A DNA stretch of 64,000 nt from the human T2T-CHM13v2.0 reference genome, Homo sapiens, in the NCBI RefSeq assembly GCF_009914755.1, contig NC_060927.1. One strand, given 5' to 3'. Each line of letters begins with the position of its first letter. The first letter of the stretch is position 1. The notes under the pieces were generated by a model. The model was not told the origin of the DNA, searched no databases, and saw only the letters and a program-made list of their open reading frames with translations. Position numbers and translations under genes: made by a program. Positions 12,578 to 25,717 of the stretch are shown here, one piece after another.

Positions 12578-13290
12578 GGAAACTGAGCGCAGAGAATTAA
12601 CAATGTCAAACCGACAGCAGAGCAGGAATTAGATGCTTACACAATTAGCTTCAATAGAAGGAAGAAAGTGAGAAATGCCCCTAGAGGGGAACAAACAAAA
12701 GAAAAGGGTAATTTGGCAGGATCTATTAAAACCTATTACAATGTATCCCCAGAGAATGGGAAAAGACTATATGGCTTGGGCAGCTCCTACTTACACTGGG
12801 GAGACAATCTAATAAATGTCCTTTTCATTACTGTTTAAGACCCAACCCAGCTATGGCTTCCTCCCCATAAGCTGCGGTGGCAGACACTCTTGGATGCTTC
12901 CCAGTACCAAGAAGCTCTTTCTTCCTAGCTGGTGTTTTCTTACAGAGGGTAGGAAAGCCAGAATCCTGCTCTCACTGTCAGTGTCCCGTCAGGAAGTATA
13001 CAGGGGAGAGCCAGGACTTATGACCTAGTTCTGGCCAAAGAAATATAAAAGGAAACTTCTGGAGGAGGCATCTGAGAAAAAGTTATTTTCAGACTTGCAG
13101 AGTGTCCTTCATTAAGCTCCCCAACCTTTTTTGCTTCCCTGGCTACCTTCTGCTTCCTGCCCTTGAATGTGGTTGAGACACCGGAAGCTGTGGCTGCCAT
13201 GTTGGACTATGACAAGATGAAGGATGACTGGAAAGGACAGGGGTAATCTGTATTAGTCACAGTGCTTCAGAGAAACAGAACCATCAGGAG

Positions 13291-13292
<2 letters not shown>

Positions 13293-13330
<38 letters not shown>
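13293..13330. repeat. (TATC)9 tetranucleotide microsatellite
   Basis: Direct reading; adjoins the Alu tail. Confidence 0.95.
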
Positions 13331-13331
<1 letters not shown>

Positions 13332-13629
13332 ATTTTTTTCAGAGATGGGGTCTCACTCTGTCACCCAGGCTGAAGTGCAGTAACTTGAGCATAGCTCCCA
13401 TCAGCCTCAAACTCCTGGACTCAAGCGATCCTCCCATCTCAGCCTCCCAAGTAGCTAGGACTACAGGTGTGTGCCACCATGCCTAGCTAATTTATTTTAA
13501 TTTTAATTTTTGTAGAGATGGGGTGTCGCTATGTTGCCCAGGCTGGCCTCAAACTCTTGGCCTCAAGCAATCCTCCTCCTCTGCCTCCCAAAGTGCTGGG
13601 ATTACAGGTGTAAGCCACTGCCCCTGACC
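13332..13629 (-). mobile_element. Alu (AluJ-like)
   Basis: Antisense dimer, GGACTCAAGCGATCCTCCC, TATGTTGCCCAGGCTGG. Confidence 0.9.
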
Positions 13630-13860
13630 TGAGAGATATTTATTAAAAGGCATTGGCTCACATGATTATGGTGGCTGAGAAGTCCCAAGATCTGCCATCT
13701 GTAAGGTGGAGACCTAGGAAAGCCAGTAGTGTATGTAGTTCAAAGTCATGAGGAGCAGGTAGCTGATGGTGTAGATTCCAGTCTGAATCTGAAGGCTGAG
13801 AACCAGCACACCAAGGGCAGGAGATGATTCTTGTCCCAGCTCAAGTAGTCAATTAGTTAG

Positions 13861-13926
13861 ATTAATTTTTTACATAAGTATGATCATTCTATATGTATTC
13901 TGCTATTTGATTTTTTTTCCACTTAA
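13861..13926 (+). repeat. 66-bp direct repeat, copy 1 (insert)
   Basis: Matches 14833-14897 with 2 substitutions and a 1-nt T-run difference. Confidence 0.95.
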
Positions 13927-14832
13927 CAGAAGGGGCAAATCTAGCCTTTGTCTGCCTTTTTATTCTAGTCAGGCCCTCAGCAGATTGGTGACACCCATTC
14001 ACACTGGGGAGGGCCACCTGCTTTACTCAGTCCAATACAAATGCTTATTTCTCAAAGACATGCCCCAAAATAACATTTAATCATATATCTGGGCATCCCG
14101 TGGCCTACCCAAGGTGACACATAAAATTAACCATCACAGAACTTATGTCCTCAGTGACATTGTTGAGATGAATGTGGTACACAATTGTACCATTTGATTT
14201 CTTGCTAAGAAACTAAACCTTATGGTTTAAATCACTATTACTTCATTTATTTCTTGTAGCTGAATACATTATACTTGGTACATCTTCCAGCCCCTCAGCT
14301 GGGAGTATGTTTCTTTTCTCTAGGTTTACCAATCATTTTTTGAATTTCCCTATGATTTTGCTTTAGAGCCTGGCTAACTTTCTTTCATATATTAAAAAGA
14401 TTTGTAAACGCATCTTCTTTGCTCTACTAGACTTGAAGCTATTAAGGCCAGGTGCTCTAATTCATCTGGGTATTCCACAGGATTTCTAGGAGAGTACCTA
14501 CCATACCTAAAAAATCCACGTGCATATCGTGTACCTACATATGTGAGTTATAGCTACCTCTTATATTCAGTTTACAATTGTGTTGTGAGAAGAATCTTAG
14601 TTAAAAGCACCAACTCTGGATTCAGACAGAACTGAGTTCATATGTTGACTCCACCCCTTATTAGCGAGGTAGCCTAGGGTAAATCCTGACCATATCTACA
14701 TTTCACCATCCTCCAAGGCCCAATTGAAATATTTTCTCTACGTGAAACCACCTGTGCTCTCTCCCTCCCAAATTTGAAAGCATTATTTCCCTCTTAACTC
14801 TTCACTCCCTTTTCTGAAATGTAGACTTTTAA

Positions 14833-14897
14833 ATTAATTTTTTACGTAAGTATGATCATTCTATATGTATTCTGCTACTTGATTTTTTTCCACTTAA
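14833..14897 (+). repeat. 65-bp direct repeat, copy 2 (likely donor, within an old L1M-like antisense fragment at about 14830-15170)
   Basis: Continues seamlessly into L1M-like TTTTTTCCACTTAATATATCTTGAAAATCCTTT. Confidence 0.9.
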
Positions 14898-15309
14898 TAT
14901 ATCTTGAAAATCCTTTTTCAGTTCAACATATATGGACCTACCTTATCTCCATAGTATTCAATACTACAGATTTATCAAAATTTATTTAATTATTCCATTA
15001 ATGAATATTTCTGTTGTTTCTAATTTGTGCACATTAGGTACAATTTCACTATTAGTGTGCATGCTTCTTTCTACCAATGTGCAAGTATCTCTCTCAGGGA
15101 GACACCAAGATGTAGAATGACTGGTAAAGATAAGCACATCTAGAAATCTAACAGATTGTACCAATGCCTTCTAATTTGGTTGTTAACAATAGTCAAAAGT
15201 TAAAATCATTTCACTACTCTTTCTTTGACTTTACTTAACTTTTCAGATTCTGTAAGAGTAAGAATAAGAGGCCTTTCAACTGGTCAGAGCCACTTGTTCT
15301 GGTTTTTCA

Positions 15310-15684
<375 letters not shown>

Positions 15685-16308
15685 TGAGATGAGATGTAAG
15701 AGCATAGGCTTTGCAGTTCACCAAGTGGCTCGGACACTGTAGCTGTGTGACCAGGGAAATGTTGCCAGACTTCTTTAAGCTGATGTTTCTATTATCTGTG
15801 AAATTGCATGAGAAGAATTCCAGAGGACTGAGGAGACTGAAATAATGCTTAACCAGCCTCTTTGCCTTACGACCATCTTCTCTTTTCCCTCCTTTCCTCC
15901 ACCCTTTCCTGTCACCTTGGAGACCTTGGGACACTTATATTTATACTCAAAATCATGACTGGTAAAGTGAGTCTGAAATAAAAATGATCTTCTATAGATA
16001 ATTTTATTCTCTTGAGCTTCTACAACAGGGGTGGACACACTACATTTGTCTCTAAATCAGTCTAACATCTGAGTAAATCCTACCCATGGTAAGCCCCCAA
16101 TTAACAACTCTTGAAAGATGAGTGGATTCTATTTTAACTACAGCAGTTCCTGGGTAAAGCTTTTGGTGGGGATCCAGGACTTTTTAAACACTAAAAACAA
16201 AACTAATTCCTATTTGCCACTTTGACAATATTATATTCGAGGTTAATCTAGGGATGCAAATTTCTGACCAAATCCAAAAAAATTGATGTCAGTATTAAAA
16301 ACAAACAG

Positions 16309-16724
<416 letters not shown>

Positions 16725-18369
16725 TCAAACTGATTAATGGGTCTGCTGAAGAGCAGATAGAGTTCTTTAGAAATTCAACTAGAGTAGAATAATCTCAGTG
16801 TCAACTGCCATATTAACGTCAAGTAAAAGGGTCTGGATAAAAATGTGACTTTATAGCTCTTCCAATTCTGTGCACAAGGTAGCTGGTCTGGGAAGGATTA
16901 CATTCAAGTAGGTGAAATGCACAGACTCTTCATGAAAGAAACCATGACATAAAAAAAAATCAACATTTCAGTTAAGTAAAGATTGCTTAGGTAGAGGTAA
17001 AACAATTTAGCATATTATGAAAAACTCCTTGTTGGCATTTTAATAGCCTTCATATTAAAAATTATTACTTCCCCTAAGGAGAAAGTTTTTAGCATGTCTT
17101 ATGAACCTGGAACTGTAAGAGGTTTCTGGATTTTGGACAGAGGCAAAGCCAAGGATAGGTGAAAGGGATCAATATAGCTCTCAAAAGAATTTAAGTGCCA
17201 CTAAGTCTCCTTGACTTTACCAAACTTCTAGCAAATGCCTCACAGTGATGTTAGTAAATACAGAACAAGTCTATCATTTTGGGAAAGTTTTCTTTTTAAA
17301 GACTATTATGGCACCAGAATTAATGCTTATGAAATTTTAGATGATGATTCAGGCAGAATGATAATGTTGGGTAAACGATTTTCCTCCCAACTTTGAGTCT
17401 CTGCCACGCTGGCCATCACACATATTGTATGGATCTGCCAACAGTACCTTCCTTTTCTTTCAGAGTAGAAAGATTAAATGAACTTCTTCCTAGCACACAC
17501 AGATGGCTTATCAGTTGGCGGTTTTCTTCAAGTCCCTACTTGCAACTCCTCAAAACTTATCTAAAAATCATTACCAAAGCTGCAAATACAGATTTTCAGA
17601 TCAGGAAATATTACCTGATTTATGAATCGTACACATGGGGTATAACTGACAAAGCCTCATCACTCATGATAGGCTCACCCGCTCTCCTTCCCTGTTCACA
17701 GCTCAAAAACCTCATTTAAGATGAGATTAGAACAACACAGCTTCATTAACCTTGGCAGCCTGGCAGATGGCATTGGCCTTCAACCCGGGACCAGCCAGTG
17801 AGCCTGGTGCTGGCTGCTGTATTGATCCATGTGTCATTCTCCTGAAAGCAAAGCTGCAGACTGAATTCCTTTTGGTGAAATTCCATTCCAGGCAAACACC
17901 TGGATTCACCCCAGTGATTGGACCTGTGCAGGCTTTTGTCTATCTTCTGAGAATTACTCTGCAAATGCTGGAAGAATCAGGGTTTAGGAAGCTCCAAATC
18001 CAAAATGAAAAATGAGATCTGGCATATGTGCTACAAATTGGAAAGACCTTACTGCTTGTGATATCCGTGGGCCCTTAATCAGAAAACTTTAATTTCCCGC
18101 TTCCCTTTTCTCTTGTTTGACTTTGGATTCTGTTTCAAAGTTTCTAAGTCAACAATATAATCAACTGAACTTAGAACAACTTCCTGCTCCTGACAGGAAG
18201 AAAAAAAGAAATCTCTTTGTTTCTCCAGTGGTTGGGGAGTAAACGAACCTCCCAGGGAAAGAAAAATCCTTTGGCTATATTTCTCTTGCTTGAGAAAGAG
18301 CAGAACAAGGAGGGTCTTCTGATTTTGAATCCGTTGCATACACTGGAGTTAAAAGTCGAGTTGTCTATA

Positions 18370-18700
18370 GCAGCCAGGCAGATAAGTGGTTACTGTTCAC
18401 CAATCTATATGCTCCCCTGTATTTCCCAGTCTCCGTTGCAGTTAGCTTAGGACCATGTGACTAGTTCTGGCCAATGGGCTGTTAGGGGAAGCTTCTCGTA
18501 TCACTTTCAGGTCAAGGTTGCTAACAGGGGGCCTGCCTTCTCCATCTCCTTCCTCTGCTGTAGTGACTTTGGAGGCCACATCTTCCATATAAGAGAGAGC
18601 TATCTGGCCTTTGACCTATAGTCCACATTACATAAAGTAGAAATAAATCTTCAGCATGAGGCCACTGAGATTTTCAAGATTTGTCTAGAGCAGCTGCTAC
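18370..18700 (+). mobile_element. MLT1 (I/J-like) LTR fragment
   Basis: TATTTCCCAGTCTCCGTTGCAGTTAG..GACCATGTGACTAGTTCTGGCCAATGGG...GCCACTGAGATTTT. Confidence 0.6.
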
Positions 18701-18945
18701 TCAAATGCAACATCTTCAGTTGTATATTTTAGGATAAGACACACTTTATCAAATATAAAGACATGTTCTTCACTGTCCCAAGAGAATATTCTGTCTGCTA
18801 TTATTTCTTAAATAAATTAACAATGATAGTAGTTAATATTTATTTTATACTCACAATGTTCCTTTATTATCCCCAGTTTACTTATGAGGAAACTGAGACA
18901 CAGAGAGGCTAACTCATTTGCCTGATGTCACATAGTAAGTAGAAG

Positions 18946-19062
18946 TAGGGTTCTCAGATTTGGCAAATAAAAATACATGAGATACAATTATACTAAAAAT
19001 TATTCATTATTTATCTGAAATTCATATTTAACTGTGTTTTCTATATTTTATCTGGCAACTCA
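18946..19062. mobile_element. MER53-like hAT MITE (internally deleted) within a MIR (about 18860-19125)
   Basis: TAGGGTTCTCAGATTTGGCAAATAAAAATACA...TATTTTATCTGGCAACTC; TSD AGTAGAAG/ACTAGAAG. Confidence 0.7.
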
Positions 19063-19462
19063 ACTAGAAGAGGCTACCAGATTTGGGTCCAGATAGTCTG
19101 ACTTTTGAATCCACAAGCTTAATTATATGTTACCAGCTGCTTCTCAGACTATTTTTAGTTTTATATTTTTATTAAAAATATGGGTAAAAATTTTTCTTTC
19201 AATTCTATTTTTGAAAACAGACTGACATAAACAGAGCAAGCACAAAGATAAATAGCTACTGTGTTGGAGCTACAACATCAGACATACAACAGGGATTGGT
19301 GGGGACTGTGGCAAGTTGGAGATCATATACTTCATATACAGAGAGCAGTCACTACTATGCTACTATAGATAGTTGCCACGTGGGAACCCAGGCTTCTTCT
19401 AAAAGAAGTCAGAAATCTAGATTTTTGTACGAAATCTTCCCATTTTAAAATGCTGGTAACTT

Positions 19463-19533
<71 letters not shown>
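19463..19533. repeat. A16 followed by (TA)27 microsatellite
   Basis: Direct reading. Confidence 0.97.
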
Positions 19534-19539
<6 letters not shown>

Positions 19540-20292
19540 ATGGGTCTATACAGTTCTAGAGAAAAAGAAGAGCTCTGGAGGCCGAAATAAACTTGTAGAT
19601 CATCAGGTTGTCATCTCTGTATTCACATGAAGAATCTTTTGAAGACACTGTTGTTATTTGTCTTTAGGTTGCTGGGAAGCCTCTATTTCTGCATAGCCTT
19701 CCTATGGAGGAACCAGTCCTAGGATTGCAATTTAAAACTCCAAATCATGATTAGGTATATATTTGATTTCAGTCAATGACTTATCTTTGTGGTTTGGATT
19801 GTGTTTTCAAGTCCCTACTTGCAACTCAAAGCTTCTGCTAGGACAAGACATTGCGCTAAGCACTATAGGACTATAGATAAGAGCAAGTTTCGATGCTCAT
19901 CTTCTCTCCTATCTCATAAGTCAGAACAAGACAAATAGTACAATGCCATAACAGAATGGGGATAGGCAGTTAAGAAAGGGACAGACAGACTTAGTACGAA
20001 GTGTATATGAACAAAGGAGAGGCATCTGGGTGAGTCCATTTGGAAAGTCTTCATTAAGAAGGTGACACTTATGAAAGACCATGGTAGGGCAGGATTTTAG
20101 TAAACTTAAGGAAGGGGAGGCGAGAGAAAAGGGAACAGTATAAATGAGGGCCTACACTTGAGACAGTTTTCAGCTTGGCTGCTGTAGAAAATACTTTTAG
20201 AAGGTGGAGCAGTATCAGGTTGGAAAAGTAGGTTGAGGGCCTCAAATGCTAGAAAAAAGGAAGATTAAAATCAAAATAGCATACTCTCATAA

Positions 20293-20617
<325 letters not shown>

Positions 20618-20808
20618 TAGCATGTTAGTTTTTTATATTCCAAAGCCCTCACTGATATTTTCTCAATTTGTTCACATGGACAAATAACATAGCTATTACT
20701 AGCTCTATTTTACATCTAGGAAAATTGAGTCAGAGAGGTTACCCAGTTTTCCCAAGTTAGCAGGAAATCAGAGTGAAAGATAAGATTAACATGTAGATTA
20801 TCTAAGTT

Positions 20809-21027
20809 AAAGGTTCACAAACTGTCTGTAAAGGTCCAGACAGTAAATGCTTTCGTCTTTGTGGGTCATGCAGTCTCCACTGCAACTTCTTAACTCTGAC
20901 ATTTCCAGGAGAAAGTAGTCATAAACAATATGTGAATGAATGGGCATGGCTGTGTTCCAATAAAACTTTACTTACAAAAACAGGCAGCAGGCCAAGTTTG
21001 GCCCTGACTGTAGTTCACTGACATCTG
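20809..21027 (-). mobile_element. MER58A-like MITE inside a MIR
   Basis: GGGCATGGCTGTGTTCCAATAAAACTTTACTTACAAAAACAGGC; TCTAAG flanks. Confidence 0.75.
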
Positions 21028-21229
21028 GTCTAAGTTTTGTCATAATGTGGTTTCATAGGTGCTATGGGAATTTGCTTTGTTCACTGTAGTATTTTCTGTG
21101 CCTAAAATAGGGCCTGAATTATAACAAGGGCTTAATATGTGTTTCTTGACTTTACAAAGTCACATTCCTGAAACTTTACACATGAACAACCAGATTTAAT
21201 ACGTTTGGCCTGGAAGTCATCCTTTCTAC

Positions 21230-21905
21230 AGCCATCCCCCTCTACATATATTCAATTGCACCCAGTCCTAGTGATGTTATTTTAAATACCATTCTCCACA
21301 TCCACTTCTGCCACTGTGACTTCTTGTCTGAATTATTTCAGCAGACTCTCGGTCTCCACATATAGTCACTCTGTCACCATCTAATTCAGACTCATCAGGG
21401 AAGCCCGATCTGAACAGCAGGCACTCCCTACTTAAAACTCCTCAATGGACTCTCACTTTATTTTGAATAAAAGCCAAAGTGTTAGTCTAAGGAGTCCACT
21501 TACAATCCAAAGAGCTCCTGATAACTCTCTAGTGTCATCTGTGACATACCCTGTACCCATCATCACTCTAATCTCTGTGGTCTGTTCTCAGAGAATATGG
21601 ATCGCTTTCCTGCCACAGGGCCTTTGCACAGACCATTTCTCTCCTTCATTTCACCTTCCTCCATTTATCTAGTTGATTCTCCTGTAGTGTTCAAAGCTCA
21701 GCTGCCTTGTTCCCTCTACCAGATAGGACACCTTGTCTATCACAACAATCTCACAATAACCTCACTGACTACATTATAACCAATTATGAATTATCTGATG
21801 CATTATTTAATGCCTCTCTTCCTGCCACTTGCTCACTGGTATATAGGCTATTACCAGCACAGTGTCTTCCATGTAGTAGGTGCCCAATACATACTTGTTG
21901 AATGG
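21230..21905 (+). mobile_element. L2 LINE fragment
   Basis: CTCCCTACTTAAAACTCCTCAATGG, CTGCCACAGGGCCTTTGCAC, 3' end GTAGTAGGTGCCCAATACATACTTGTTGAATG. Confidence 0.7.
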
Positions 21906-22329
21906 AAGTATAACATGACAAAATTTTAGTTTTGGAGAAGATCTTAGAAGCCATCTACTTGAATCTTCTGCCTCATGCAACATTCTCAACGATTTAAGTG
22001 AATCGATAAGGTGCAGGGCTTGTCCTGGGCTTCAGCAATCTAAAGCAGCCTTATTTTTCTGTATTTGCTACACCCTCACAAGCACTGTTCTGAAAAATGC
22101 TACTCACAATTCCCAAAAGTATTCAAGGTTATGGTAACTGTGTATATCTCTCCTATGGTGAGTGATTCCCCCCACCCCATCTTCCACTTCATCATTTCCC
22201 AAATTTCTTATAATTATCAGGTGTCACTTTTATGAATAAAAGTTTCATAAAGTTACTTTGAATTCATATAGGGTCTTTTCAGTGATTTCTATATTGTCTT
22301 CCCGTGATGCTTATTAAAAATTAATGATT

Positions 22330-22633
22330 GGCCAGGTGCGGTGGCTCATGCCTGTCATCCCAGAACTTTGGGAGGCTAAGGCGGGTGGATCACTTGAAGT
22401 CAAAAGTTCGAGACCAGCCTGGCCAACATGATGAAACCTCATCTCTACTAAAAATATAAAAATTAGCTGGGCATGGTGGTGCATGCTTGTAATCCCAGCT
22501 ACTTGTGAGACTGAGGCAGGAGAACCTGGGAGGTTGAACCTGGGAGGTGGAGGTTGCAGTAAGCCAAGATCACGCCATTCCACTCCAGCCTGGGGGACAA
22601 GAGAGAAACTTCATCTCAAAAAAAAAAAAAAAA
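22330..22633 (+). mobile_element. Alu (AluSx-like)
   Basis: Full dimer; 5' TSD AAAAATTAATGATT. Confidence 0.93.
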
Positions 22634-22635
22634 TT

Positions 22636-22955
<320 letters not shown>

Positions 22956-22998
22956 TTATGAAATACATCAAATATAAAAAACCAGTATTTTAAAGAGA

Positions 22999-23845
22999 TA
23001 TTGGAGAAAAACAATCCCACCAAAGTATTTTCTCTACTCTCACATAGCCAACACACAAGACTTCATCTCTGGTCACCAAAATGTGTTCTCCCCACCAGAA
23101 CCAATTAGTTCTCCAGTGGACTCTGTGGGAAATCTCTTGTAGACACCAGTGGGATGTTCTCCAATTCAATTCAATTCTGACACTATCTACCTGGAGACAG
23201 CATCAGATCCCATTGGTTGAGGGCTCAGTCCACAAGACTGCCCCCAACTTCCGTGCCAATGGCAAACCCCAAGTTGTTTTTACCTGTGATAACCTCTGAC
23301 CAATTGGCTATCAGTCAGTGTTCCCATTACCCTATCTATGGATTCCATTAATTTGCTAGAGCAGCTTACAGAACTCAGGAAAACACTTAGATGTATTGGT
23401 TTATTATAACAGATTTCACAAAGGATATAGATGAAGAGACGCATAGGTCAAGGCATACCGGAAGGGGCATGGAGTTTTCATCCCCTCCCACGGCGAGCCA
23501 CTTTTTAGGAATTCCCAGGTATTAGCTATCCAGAAGCTCTCTGAACCCTGTCCTTTTGGGTTTTTAAGGAGACTTCATTACATAGTCAGGATTGATTAAA
23601 CCACTGGACAATTTAACCTTCAGCCCTTTTCTCTCCCTGGAGATTGGGGGGTGGGGCTGACCCTCTAAGGGTGGCTTGTTCTTCCTGATGACCAGCCCCC
23701 ATCCTGAAGCTACCCAGCAAGCCCCAGGCTGCCAGTCATCTCATTAGCATACAAAAGACGCTCATCACTCTGGAGAGTCCAAGGATTTTAGGAGCTACAG
23801 GACAGAAAACTGGGCGAAGACCAGATATATATTTCACAATATTAT
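22999..23845. mobile_element. MER21-family solo LTR
   Basis: CAATTCAATTCTGACACTATCTACCTGGAG..AGCATCAGATCCCA..GGTTGAGGGCTCAGTC; AATTTGCTAGAGCAGCTTACAGAACTCAGG. Confidence 0.8.
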
Positions 23846-23934
23846 ATCTATGAAAAAACAACACCGTATCCACAACTCAAGCCTGACGCTTTGTAAAGAC
23901 CTGGCTTTTTGTTTTACTCTTAATAACAAAAGGA

Positions 23935-24382
<448 letters not shown>

Positions 24383-25443
24383 TTATATTCTCCCAGACTC
24401 TGTGATGCACAGAGTAGCTCTAATTTTCCCTTTACAATATTGCTGAAAGGTGGTGAAGGCTAAAGTCTTTTGGACAGCATTATATAAATTGACCTTGAAT
24501 GGAGTGCATTCTTGATGTCTTCTCTTGAGACATCATCAAATACAATGATTCTTTGGGGAAAGACACTATTACGTTTTTCTCACAAATGGAAAATCTGAAA
24601 CAGAAGCAAAGTGCATGGCTGTCTTTGGATGTTCGTGTTAAGTAGCTGACTTTTAGGCCTGCTAGTCTTTTACTGTTTCATCGGTGTTTAGTTGTATGTA
24701 CAAGGAAAATGTCAATTCCGGACTTTAAATTTCAGATATTATATTTCCTTAAATGAACTAAAGGGCAAAGGGAATATTCTTCAGTGGCGATCCATTCTCC
24801 CCTTTCTGTAATCTATTTTTCATTAGCCACAAGTCAAGGGCCAGTTTCTGAAATGCTTGTCTGGGTATCTTGCAATCTCATTCGAAGTGCTGAGAAGTCA
24901 AGACAGCCTCTAGGAGTGTAGGGGGAACGTGTTGATAAGTGCTAAGTGCTGCTACTTTGAACTGCACAATTCCCCTCAATGGGCACATATTAACTCTAGC
25001 TAAACACACTAGTGCCACCTACTGGAAAAAAATATATTTTAATTAAAATTAAGTTGCAGGCTTTAAGTCTGCAATACTGAAAAATGCCTCTCTAGGACGG
25101 CAATTTCCTCTGCCAAAGAAAAACAGAGTTAAACCAGCTCACTGAAGGAAACTTAGGTGATCTCTAGGTATTTTGTTTTGGAAAGAAAGGCTTTCATTTT
25201 TCATCCTGATAGCAAAGAAAATATTAAATAATAATGAAATATTAGACCAACTAACACCATAGTTCAGGAATGGGCTTTTCTAGAGTTGTTGCAGGATTAC
25301 CCCTGATGGGGCTGAGTTTCCTGGGGTCTGAGCACAGAGGGTCCATTGCATGGTTTGAGGGGGCTTTCTTTTCTCATGTCTGTTATAGAGGAACCCAGAA
25401 ATCTGGAGAAGAGAAAGGAATTGCCACAGGGAACTTAGTTTAC

Positions 25444-25717
25444 TTTTTTTTTTTTTGAAACAGGATCTTGCTCTGTTGCCCAGGCTGGAGAGCAGTAGGG
25501 TGATAGTAGCACATTGCAGCCTCAAGCCATCCTCTCACTTCAGCTTCCCAAGTAGCTGGGGCTACAGGTGTGCACCACCACGCCTAGCTAATTTTTAAAT
25601 TTTTTTTGTAGAGATGAGGTCTTGCTGCATTGTCCAGGCTGGTCTCAAACCCTGGCCTCAAGCAATCCTCCCACCTCAGCCTCCTGAAGTACTGAGATTA
25701 CAGGTGTGAGCCACTGT
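25444..25717 (-). mobile_element. Alu (AluJ-like), small internal deletion
   Basis: TGCAGCCTCAAGCCATCC joins across a CTC microhomology. Confidence 0.88.

Larger units (their letters stand above)
13249..14138 (-). mobile_element. MLT2-family ERVL solo LTR containing an Alu and a 66-bp foreign insert
   Basis: TGTATTAGTC...AGAGAAACAGAACCA; TTGGCTCACATGATTATGGTGGCTGAGAAGTCCCAAGATCTGCC; ends GACACATAAAATTAACCATCACA. Confidence 0.8.
12870..14275 (+). mobile_element. MLT1 (J/K-like) MaLR LTR split by MLT2
   Basis: ATGACCTAGTTCTGGCCAA...CTTCCTGCCCTTGAATGTGG...GCTGTGGCTGCCATGTTG; resumes after 14138 with GTCCTCAGTGACATTGTTGAG. Confidence 0.55.
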
